From Trueperaceae bacterium (GTDB taxonomy: Bacteria > Deinococcota > Deinococci > Deinococcales > Trueperaceae), in contig JAXHNB010000006.1 of assembly GCA_034520945.1 (NCBI GenBank), forward strand, positions 480,001 to 544,000: 64,000 nt of DNA, read 5' to 3'. Positions 37,214 to 45,182 of the stretch are shown piece by piece. The position numbers and the translations under genes were made by a program. Below the pieces are notes generated by a model. That model was not told where the DNA came from and did not search any database. It was given only the letters and a program-made list of their open reading frames with translations. The first letter of the stretch is position 1, and the number at the start of each line of letters is the position of its first letter.

Positions 37214-37851
37214 GCCGTCCCGTCGTCCTTTCGTTCCGGCGGCCAGGTGATGTCGTAGCCCGCCTCACGCAGGGCGCGGGCCAAGCCCCGGCCGTCCATG
37301 GTCCCTACCCGCAACACGAACGACACCGCGTCGGGCTCACTGCGCGTGGTCAGCACGCTGGCGACGTTCGCGCCCCGGGCGGCCACCCGGTCCAGCAGGC
37401 CCGCCAGGGCGCCCGGCCGGTTGGGGAGGTCGACCTCCAGGCGGGTCGAGGCCCGCCCCACCCCCGTCATCGCGATGAGGGCGTCCAGGAAGTCCACCCC
37501 CGTGACGATTCCGACCAGGACCTCGTCCTCCATCACCGGCATCGCGCCGATCGTGTGGGAGCGAAGCAGACTGGCGGCTTCGTCGACCGGGTCCAGCGGG
37601 TGCGCGGTCCACACCGAGCGCGTCATGATCCGGTGGACCGGATCCTTGTGGGTCACGCCCGTCTTGGCCGCCGGATGATCGGCGCCGACCGTGCGAAGGT
37701 CGCGGTCCGACACGATGCCGAGCAGCCGTTCGTTCTCCACGATCGGGAAGTGCCGCAACGCACGTTGCGCCATCAGGGCGATCACGTCGCCGATGGGCAT
37801 GTCGGGGCCGATCGCCACCACTTGGCGGGTCATGATGTCGCGCACCAGCAT
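37210..37851 (-). CDS. acuB: AcuB (CBS pair + ACT domain)
   Basis: MLVRDIMT, LGIVSDRDLR; ACT motif LPNRPGALA; GGAGG RBS. Confidence 0.88.
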   Translation of the reverse strand: MLVRDIMTRQVVAIGPDMPIGDVIALMAQRALRHFPIVENERLLGIVSDRDLRTVGADHPAAKTGVTHKDPVHRIMTRSVWTAHPLDPVDEAASLLRSHTIGAMPVMEDEVLVGIVTGVDFLDALIAMTGVGRASTRLEVDLPNRPGALAGLLDRVAARGANVASVLTTRSEPDAVSFVLRVGTMDGRGLARALREAGYDITWPPERKDDGTA

Positions 37852-37904
37852 GCGTCCTCCTAGGAGCGCCGCACCATACCGCGTTCGGGCGCGGCGGGGG
37901 CGGG

Positions 37905-38495
37905 TCAGTACCCGGCGGGGGGTGGCCGGGTCCGCAGGGCGTGAAAGGTCCGGACGGCGTCGGGGTCGGCGTTCGGTCCGACCCGGGCCATCAACGCGTT
38001 GGCGGCGTCCATGCGCACCTCCGGGTCGGCGGTCGGTAGGGGCACCAGCCCCACCTTGCGGTACAGCTTCTCCAGCAGCCGCTTGTAGGCGAAGGGGGTG
38101 AGGCCGGTGCGCGCCAGGTCGTAGTGCCAGGCGTACATGGTGGCGAACACGACGGCGTCGTCGAAACGCCCATCGCCGAACGCCTGCTGCAAAAGGCGTT
38201 CGGCCAGGTGCTCGCCGCGGAGGTAGGGCGCGATCTCGACCGCGCCGATCTCGACGATGTTCTCGGAGGGCAGGCGGCCCCAGGTCTCGTCGCGGCCCGG
38301 GGGATGGAAGGTGGCATACCCGACCGTATGGTCGTCTCGTTCCGCCACGAACACGTGGCCGCGGGGGTCGCGCGCGATGTCGGCCAGCGCCTCCGCCTGG
38401 TCGGCGGGTTTGCGGAACACGTCCAATGCCTCGTGCAGCGGCAACGGACGCTGACCGGACGGCAGCTCGCGGATGCGCGTGGAGGCGACGCTCAC
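37905..38495 (-). CDS. acuA: AcuA-type GNAT protein acetyltransferase
   Basis: VGYATFHPP...W, EIGAVEIAPYLRG, YAWHYDL, DPEV...AN.LMARVG; adjacent to acuBC. Confidence 0.88.
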   Translation of the reverse strand: MSVASTRIRELPSGQRPLPLHEALDVFRKPADQAEALADIARDPRGHVFVAERDDHTVGYATFHPPGRDETWGRLPSENIVEIGAVEIAPYLRGEHLAERLLQQAFGDGRFDDAVVFATMYAWHYDLARTGLTPFAYKRLLEKLYRKVGLVPLPTADPEVRMDAANALMARVGPNADPDAVRTFHALRTRPPPAGY

Positions 38496-41400
38496 GTACC
38501 TCGCACGGGTTGCGTCGCTCGGGGGACCGCCGCGCCGCCGCGCCAGCGCGTCGCGAGCAGGTCGCCGAGGCGAAGCAGGTCGTGCTCGGGCGCGCCGCGC
38601 ACGGCGCCCGGCATCGCCGGGTGCGTGAGCCAGTCGTCCCGGCCGTGCCCCTCGAGCGCATCGCCGAACGCCCGCAGCGCAGCCCGTCGCATCGCGTCGG
38701 GGAGGTCGTCGTCCAGCAGCTGCGCCAAGGCGTCGAAGGCCGCCGTGCGGTCGTCCGCGTGGGTGGCCGCGCGAAGGCCCAGCGCGTGCAGCCATGCCCG
38801 TAGCCCCGGATCGGCGCCGTGCGCGTCGACCTGCGCCAGGTACGCCCACGCTTCGTTCAGCGCGGCGCGGGCGGCCTGCGGGTCCCCGGCGCGCAGGTGC
38901 GCGGACGCCGCATGGGCGCGGTCTTCGGCGTGCTGGTAGGCGTGGGTCGAGCGCGCCGCCGCACGCGCGATCGCGTCCAGCGCGCCCTCGGGCGCGTCCA
39001 GCATCGAGGTCGCCAGGTGCGCCCGCCGTACCAGCACGTCCGGTGGGTCCAGGTCGGCGAGGTGCAGCGGCGTGCGTGCCGCCACGCGCGCCAGCAGCCG
39101 CCGGGCCGTCGCCGCGTCGCGGCCGGGCGCGGCCGCGCGACACGGTTGCGGGAACGGGGGGACCCAGGCGGTCCCCAGCGCGCGTGCGGCGTAGGCGGTC
39201 GCCAGGCGCAGCACCGCCCGGTCGATGCGGAACGCGGCGTCGACGCCGTGGGCGTCCCCGTAGGTGCGGTAGCGTTCGATGGCGCCCAGCGACGCCGCGA
39301 TCGCGGCGTCGTGCCGGCCATGGGCCAGCAGGACCATCGCATGCTCGTCGTCCACCCGGGCGCGCCAGAACCCGACCTCCACCTCGTCCTCGTCGGTATC
39401 GTCCAGGATCATTCGCGCGGCGCCGAGATCCTCGCCCGCGGCGTCCAGGCGCCCCCGGCGGCGCAGGAGCGTCGCGCGCCGCGCCAGGTAGCGCGTTCGC
39501 TCGCTCTCCAGCGCGCCGCTGCGCTCGGCCGAGCGGACCGCGCGGTCGAACGCCTCGCCCGCCTCGTGCAGCCTGCCCAGCGCCATCAGCACCTCCCCCG
39601 ACTGGAACGACAACCGGGCCTGCACCAGTTCGTCCTCCGGCTCGACGCTGCGGAACTCCCGGTAGGCGGCGACCAAGTCGCCCCGGTCCTTGTGGATCAG
39701 CCCCGCCCAGACCGCCGCCTTGGCGTGCGCCAGCCGTTCGGCGGCGCCCCGGTCGCCCAGGGCGTGCAGGCGCGGTCGCGCGTCGCGCTCGACGATGTTC
39801 GCGGCGGCGGCCAGGTCGCCCCGCCAGCGGGCGATGCTGGCCGTCACCAAGGACGCCTCCGCCTCCAGCAGCGGATCATCGAGGGCGGGCCGGTCGGCGA
39901 GTGCGGCTTCGGCGTGCTCGTACTGGCCGTGCAGCACGGCGCCCTCGGCCTCCTTGAGGCGGGCCCAGGCCCGGGGCCGGGGTCGTTCGGAGCGCGCCAG
40001 CGCCTCGAAGGCCGCGCGGGCGTCACCGTGCCGGTACGACCCGAGCGCGACGTAGTGGCTGGCCACCTGCTCGGCGACCTGCTCGAAGGTGTCCACGTCG
40101 CGGCCCGCCAACTCTTCGCAGGCGGCCGACCAGGCGCGTCGCACCAGCGTCTGCGAGACGCCGTAGCGGCGCATCCAGGCCAACAACGCCTCCCACTGGC
40201 GCGCCTCGAACAGGTGATGGACCCGCCGGGCCGCGGCCTCGCCGCCCGCGTCCGCGGTGGCCGCTTCACGCAGGCTTTCCGCGACGGCGGCGTGCAGGGC
40301 GCGGCAGCGCTCCGGCGCGCGCGTCGCCAGCCGGTCGCGGAGCGCCCGCACCAACTGCCGGGAGAAGCAGCGGTAGGCGTCGTCATTGCCGGGCGCCTTG
40401 TCGATGAAGGCCAGCTCCAGCGGGGTGAGGTCGCGGTGGTCCGGGGGCAACGCCGCGCGGAGCGTGCCCAGCTCGAACGTCGGGAACTCGGGCAGCGACA
40501 CCGTCGCCAGGGCGGCCAGGAAGTCGCGGATGCGATCGTCGCCGCCGCCCGTGACCATGTCGCCGAGGCGGGCGACCGACGCGGCCGTGCCCTCGTCGCC
40601 ATGCGGCAGTGGCGCCCGGATCTCGGCCAACAACGTCATCGTCCGGAGCTGTTCGAACGAGCGGCCCGCCCGCTGCACGATCTCCTCCTGCTGGCCGGTC
40701 GGCAGGTGGGGCAGCCGCGCCTTCACGAACCGTCGCGCCTCTCCAGTCGTGGGCGGGGCGAGCTTGATCGGCCCCTCGAAGCCGCCCGGCTGCCGGAGTG
40801 CGCGGCCGGGAAGGTCGGTCATCGATACCAGCACGCATACGGAGGGTTCATGGGAGAGCGGCTCCAGCAGCGTCGTCCACAACCACGCCGGCGCGCTGGC
40901 CCGCGGCACGTCCGGGGTGTTGAGGCGCAAGGTCGCGCCCCCCAGGTCCTCCTGGGCCTGCAGCGCCTGCGAGACGTGGAGCAGCAGGACCGGCGGCCGC
41001 TCCAGCGCCCGGGCGGCCTCCAGGATGGCCCGCGCCACGTCGGCCTGCGCGTCGGCCTGCACGGCGAACGCACCGGCGGTGCCGACCTTCGCCAGGCGCC
41101 CTTCCATCGTGGCGCGCGGCACGTGCAACGCCTCGCCCAGGCCGACCAGGCTGGCGCCCAGGTCGCCACCGCCGAACTCCGTACGTACGACGTGCACGTC
41201 GGGGGCGGGTGGAACCTGCAGCGCCTCCTGAAGGTAGTCGCTCAGCATGGTCTTGCCGGAGCCGGGGCGGCCGGTCACCAGCAGCTTGGGGCGTTCGCCC
41301 TCGCGGACCTTGCGGACGAAGGTGCGAAAGGCGCGCCGCTTCTCGCGCCCCAGAAGTTGCAGCACCTCCTGCTCCGCGCTGCCGCCAGGGGAGAGCACCA

Positions 41401-41680
41401 CCTCGATCTCGGGCGCCTGCAGCGGTTCCCGGCCGGTGGAGACCCACAGTTCCGACAGGATCTCGAACAGGACGCGCTTGTCGCTGAGCTTGCCCTTGTC
41501 GCGGTAGATGATGTTGCGCACCACGTTGGGGTTGGCGCCCCGCGCCTCCATCTGCCGCCTAAGCCAGTTGATGCTGCCCAGCATGCCGTGCTCGTCGCGG
41601 CGCGTTCCGACCGCGTCGCGAACCTGCTCGAACAGGCTGCGCCAGGGGCTGGCGTGCGCTCGGGGCGTGGACGCGGACAT
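38492..41680 (-). CDS. Large P-loop NTPase (STAND-like) with N-terminal helical/HTH-like domain and TPR-like C-terminus
   Basis: 1062 aa from MSASTP; ATG 6 nt after TACGAT; Walker A GRPGSGKT; long Ala-rich helical repeats. Confidence 0.78.
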   Translation of the reverse strand: MSASTPRAHASPWRSLFEQVRDAVGTRRDEHGMLGSINWLRRQMEARGANPNVVRNIIYRDKGKLSDKRVLFEILSELWVSTGREPLQAPEIEVVLSPGGSAEQEVLQLLGREKRRAFRTFVRKVREGERPKLLVTGRPGSGKTMLSDYLQEALQVPPAPDVHVVRTEFGGGDLGASLVGLGEALHVPRATMEGRLAKVGTAGAFAVQADAQADVARAILEAARALERPPVLLLHVSQALQAQEDLGGATLRLNTPDVPRASAPAWLWTTLLEPLSHEPSVCVLVSMTDLPGRALRQPGGFEGPIKLAPPTTGEARRFVKARLPHLPTGQQEEIVQRAGRSFEQLRTMTLLAEIRAPLPHGDEGTAASVARLGDMVTGGGDDRIRDFLAALATVSLPEFPTFELGTLRAALPPDHRDLTPLELAFIDKAPGNDDAYRCFSRQLVRALRDRLATRAPERCRALHAAVAESLREAATADAGGEAAARRVHHLFEARQWEALLAWMRRYGVSQTLVRRAWSAACEELAGRDVDTFEQVAEQVASHYVALGSYRHGDARAAFEALARSERPRPRAWARLKEAEGAVLHGQYEHAEAALADRPALDDPLLEAEASLVTASIARWRGDLAAAANIVERDARPRLHALGDRGAAERLAHAKAAVWAGLIHKDRGDLVAAYREFRSVEPEDELVQARLSFQSGEVLMALGRLHEAGEAFDRAVRSAERSGALESERTRYLARRATLLRRRGRLDAAGEDLGAARMILDDTDEDEVEVGFWRARVDDEHAMVLLAHGRHDAAIAASLGAIERYRTYGDAHGVDAAFRIDRAVLRLATAYAARALGTAWVPPFPQPCRAAAPGRDAATARRLLARVAARTPLHLADLDPPDVLVRRAHLATSMLDAPEGALDAIARAAARSTHAYQHAEDRAHAASAHLRAGDPQAARAALNEAWAYLAQVDAHGADPGLRAWLHALGLRAATHADDRTAAFDALAQLLDDDLPDAMRRAALRAFGDALEGHGRDDWLTHPAMPGAVRGAPEHDLLRLGDLLATRWRGGAAVPRATQPVRGT

Positions 41681-41857
41681 TGCCGCATCGTACCGTGCGC
41701 GCCGAACGGGTACACACCCGTGGGAAACGCGCCTGTGCCGGCCGAACGGGCCCAGGTGCGCCCCATCGCCTCGAAGGTACACACCGGGAGGGGCGGTGGC
41801 GGCCGGTGCCCGTGCGGGCCACGTGCTGGCCGGAACGCCGGTGCTAGACTCACCGCC

Positions 41858-43003
41858 ATGGATCTCCTGAGCCACGCCGCCAGCGGGGCGCGCTTGACGC
41901 CGGCCGAGGCAGAGGCCCTGACGCGGGTCCCGCTGTTCTCGCTCGCGGGCGCGGCCCACGCCGTGCGCCGCATGCGGACCGACCCGGACACGGTCACCTA
42001 CCTGATCGACCGGAACGTGAACTACTCCAACGTGTGCACCATCGGGTGTTCGTTCTGCGGCTTCTACCGGACGCGGCGGCAGGACGACGCCTACGTGCTC
42101 GACTTCTCCGAGATCAGCGACAAGGTTCGCGAGCTCGAACGGGTCGGCGGCACCCGCATCCTGATGCAGGGCGGGGTGCACCCCACGCTGCCGTTCTCGT
42201 GGTACCTGGACCTGATGCGGCACCTCAAGGAGCACCACCCCACCATTCGCGTGGAAGCGTTCAGTCCGGAAGAGATCAAGGGCCTGGCCAAGCTGACCGG
42301 CATGTCCAGCCTGGAGGTGCTGCGGGCGCTGCAGGAGGCGGGGCTGGACGGCCTGCCGGGCGGTGGGGGCGAGATGCTGGTGGACGAGGTCCGCCACGCG
42401 AAGCACATCTCGCCGGCGCGCATCTCCAGCGACGAGTGGATCCTCGTGATGGACGAAGCCCAGTCGTTGGGCCTCTACACCACCGCCACCATGGTCATCG
42501 GCTTCGGCGAGAGCGACGCGCAACGCGTAGAGAGCATGATGCGGATTCGCGACCAGCAGGACGCGGCCCTCGCCAGGTATGGCAACGGGTTCTCCGCGTT
42601 CATCTCGTGGACGCTGCAGACCGACGGCGTCCGCATCCAGGGCAAGGTCCCGGGGGCGGGGTCGGACGCCTACCTCCGCAACGTCGCCATCGCGCGCCTG
42701 TTGCTGGACAACGTGCCGAACCATCAGGCGTCGTGGCCGACGATGGGCTACAAGGTGGCCCAGACCGCCCTGTTCTTCGGCTGCAACGACTTCGGCAGCA
42801 CCATGCTGGAGGAGAACGTCGTCTCGCAAGCGGGGGCGCGCCACCGGGCCACGCCCGAACGCGAGATCGTGCGGCAGATCGTCGACGCCGGGTTCGTCCC
42901 CAAGCAGCGCGACAGCCTCTACGGCGTGGTGTCCGTACCGGACGTGGAGGCGATGTTGGCGGCCCCCTCCGGCTCCGAAGCCGAGGCGGCGCCGGGCGCG
43001 TGA
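41858..43003 (+). CDS. mqnC: Cyclic dehypoxanthinyl futalosine synthase (radical SAM)
   Basis: TYLIDRNVNYSNVCTIGCSFCGFYR, ILMQGG, FGCNDFGSTMLEENVV. Confidence 0.92.
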   Translation: MDLLSHAASGARLTPAEAEALTRVPLFSLAGAAHAVRRMRTDPDTVTYLIDRNVNYSNVCTIGCSFCGFYRTRRQDDAYVLDFSEISDKVRELERVGGTRILMQGGVHPTLPFSWYLDLMRHLKEHHPTIRVEAFSPEEIKGLAKLTGMSSLEVLRALQEAGLDGLPGGGGEMLVDEVRHAKHISPARISSDEWILVMDEAQSLGLYTTATMVIGFGESDAQRVESMMRIRDQQDAALARYGNGFSAFISWTLQTDGVRIQGKVPGAGSDAYLRNVAIARLLLDNVPNHQASWPTMGYKVAQTALFFGCNDFGSTMLEENVVSQAGARHRATPEREIVRQIVDAGFVPKQRDSLYGVVSVPDVEAMLAAPSGSEAEAAPGA

Positions 43004-43007
43004 CGCT

Positions 43008-44201
43008 GTGAGCCTCCGCCGCGTGCGGTGGGAGGCGCGCGTCGCGTACGGGGGGTTCGGCACGCCGGCCTCGCCCGGCGCGGCGGTGGTGCAGGACGCC
43101 GCCGGCGAGCGGCGGTTGTTGTTCACGGGCGACCGCGACGAGGCGCGGCGGCGCTGGCCGGACGCCGAGGTCGAGGACGCCGGCTTCGCCCTGTCGCCGC
43201 CGCCTGTGAACGCCCACCTGCACCTGGACCTCTCCACCATGCCGTACCTGGAGCGCAGCTACGAGGCGTTCGTGCGGGACGTTCTGGCGCACGGCCGGCA
43301 GGGGCACCGGGGCGCGGCGGCGGCGCGCGCCGGGCTGGACGAACTCGCTGCGGCCGGGACCGATACCTTCGGCGACGTGGTCGCCGACGAGGACACCATG
43401 CACATGCTCCTGGACCGGGCCGGCCTGCGCGGCGTGGCCTACTGGGAGGTGATCGCGCCCGACCCCGCCGACGCCGAACGGGTGTTCGACGACACGGTGG
43501 CGCGCCTGCGGGCGTTCCGTGCGCGCCAGCGCCCGGACGGCCTGCGGGTGGGGCTGTCGCCGCACGCCCCGCACACCCTCAGCGCGCCGTTGCTTCGCGA
43601 CCTGGCGCGCCTGGCGTCGGCCAACGACCTGCCGATGCAGATCCACGTGGCCGAGACGGCCAGTGAGGCGCAGCTGCACCGTCACGGCGACGGCCCGCTG
43701 CGCGACCTGATGGGGCCGCTGCTGGCCGACTTCCGGCCCTCCGGCCTGTCGCCGGTGGGCTACCTGGCCTCACTGGGGGTGCTGGAGGCCGGACCGACCC
43801 TGGTCCACGCCGCCGACGTGGACGAGGACGACGTGGCGCGTATCCAGCACGGCGGTTGCACCGTGGTGCACTGCCCGCGCTCCAACGCGGCGTTGGGCGC
43901 CCCGAGATTCCCGTGGGAGACGTACGCCCGCCACGGCGTCACCGTCGCGTTCGGCACCGATTCGAAGGGGTCCAGCCCGTCCCTGGACGTGCAGGAGGAG
44001 GTCGCCGCCGCGGCGGCGCTGCATGGCCCGCGCGCCGCGCCGGGGGCGCTGGTGCGCGCCGCGGTGAAGGGCGGGTACCGGGCGTTGGCGCTGACGCCGC
44101 CACGCCTGGGGCGCGGGTCGGCGGCCGACGGGTTGGTGCGGTGGCACGTCCAGCCCCCCGGCGCGGCGCCGGGCGAGGCGGGACCCGTGTCCGGCGCTTG
44201 A
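43008..44201 (+). CDS. Metal-dependent amidohydrolase, probable aminodeoxyfutalosine deaminase
   Basis: [31 protein letters not shown]; 4 nt downstream of mqnC. Confidence 0.78.
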   Translation: MSLRRVRWEARVAYGGFGTPASPGAAVVQDAAGERRLLFTGDRDEARRRWPDAEVEDAGFALSPPPVNAHLHLDLSTMPYLERSYEAFVRDVLAHGRQGHRGAAAARAGLDELAAAGTDTFGDVVADEDTMHMLLDRAGLRGVAYWEVIAPDPADAERVFDDTVARLRAFRARQRPDGLRVGLSPHAPHTLSAPLLRDLARLASANDLPMQIHVAETASEAQLHRHGDGPLRDLMGPLLADFRPSGLSPVGYLASLGVLEAGPTLVHAADVDEDDVARIQHGGCTVVHCPRSNAALGAPRFPWETYARHGVTVAFGTDSKGSSPSLDVQEEVAAAAALHGPRAAPGALVRAAVKGGYRALALTPPRLGRGSAADGLVRWHVQPPGAAPGEAGPVSGA

Positions 44202-44281
44202 CACCCCGTGGGTCCGCGGCGCGCGTATCCTCGGGCCTAGACGGAGCGGACGTGCCACGTCCGCGACCAAGAGGAGGAATC

Positions 44282-44608
44282 ATGAACGAGACGCTCGTGG
44301 AACTCACCGATGACAACTTCGACGCCGAAGCGAACAACGGGCTGCTGTTGGTCGACTTCTGGGCCCCCTGGTGCGGTCCCTGCCGCATGGTGAGCCCCGT
44401 CATCGAAGAACTGGGCAGCGACTACCAGGGCAAGATCAAGGTCGGCAAGCTGAACGTCGACGATAACCAAAAGACCGCGATGAACTACCGGGTGATGTCG
44501 ATCCCGACCGTGATGCTGTTCAAGGACGGCGAGCCGGTCGAGACCATGGTCGGCGCCCAGTCGAAGAGCGCGTACCAGTCGCGCCTGGACAAGCACCTGC
44601 CTGCCTGA
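44282..44608 (+). CDS. trxA: Thioredoxin
   Basis: [24 protein letters not shown]. Confidence 0.96.
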   Translation: MNETLVELTDDNFDAEANNGLLLVDFWAPWCGPCRMVSPVIEELGSDYQGKIKVGKLNVDDNQKTAMNYRVMSIPTVMLFKDGEPVETMVGAQSKSAYQSRLDKHLPA

Positions 44609-44641
44609 GCCGCACACCGGCCAGTCTGGCCAAGGCGAGGA

Positions 44642-44671
44642 ACGCGGGCGGCCCGAAAGGGCCGCCCGCGT
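44642..44671. terminator. Hairpin after trxA
   Basis: ACGCGGGCGGCCC-GAAA-GGGCCGCCCGCGT. Confidence 0.75.
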
Positions 44672-44727
44672 GTCGTGTGGGCGCCTGCTGGGCGGCCGGG
44701 TGTCGACACGCGCCCGGCGCGGGCGCG

Positions 44728-45075
44728 TCAGTCCTGCACGTCGACGCCGGCGGGCGAGACCCGGTAGGCGGTGTCGGCCTCCTCGCCCGATACGCGGAGC
44801 ACGTAATCGTCGTCCGCGAACTCGACGACGGTCCAGCGCACCCCCTGCGGGAGGGAGAGGTCGACCAGGATGTTGGTGGCGTACACGCCGTCGCGCAGCC
44901 GTCCGATCTCCATCAGGTGCCACGCCTCCCAGGCGGTGCGGGCGGCGGGCGAGGCTTCGTCCGACGGGCCGTCCGCGGGCCGCGTCGCCGCCTGGGGCTC
45001 CGTGGTGGGGGCGCAGGCGCCGACCAGCAGGACGAGGCCGAGCGCGGCGGGAACGAGAACGCGTCGCAAGGTCAT
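44728..45075 (-). CDS. Small lipoprotein, unknown function
   Basis: MTLRRVLVPAALGLVLLVGAC lipobox. Confidence 0.7.
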   Translation of the reverse strand: MTLRRVLVPAALGLVLLVGACAPTTEPQAATRPADGPSDEASPAARTAWEAWHLMEIGRLRDGVYATNILVDLSLPQGVRWTVVEFADDDYVLRVSGEEADTAYRVSPAGVDVQD

Positions 45076-45182
45076 GCCGGCATCATCGTCGGCGCCCGGC
45101 GGCGGGAGCCAGGGGCCCCGCCGCCGGGCGTGCCGGGCCGGCGTGGCGCGCGGCCGTGCGCGCGTGCACGCCGGTGAACGGC

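Noticed and set aside
41681..43240. N-terminal extension making the NTPase ORF 1582 aa
   Set aside because: The extension is the antisense of mqnC; the real start is most likely the leaderless ATG at 41680.
44198..44231. TTGACA ... TATCCT before trxA as a sigma70 promoter pair
   Set aside because: The spacer is 22 nt, too long; the -10 may work alone but the pairing is unsupported.
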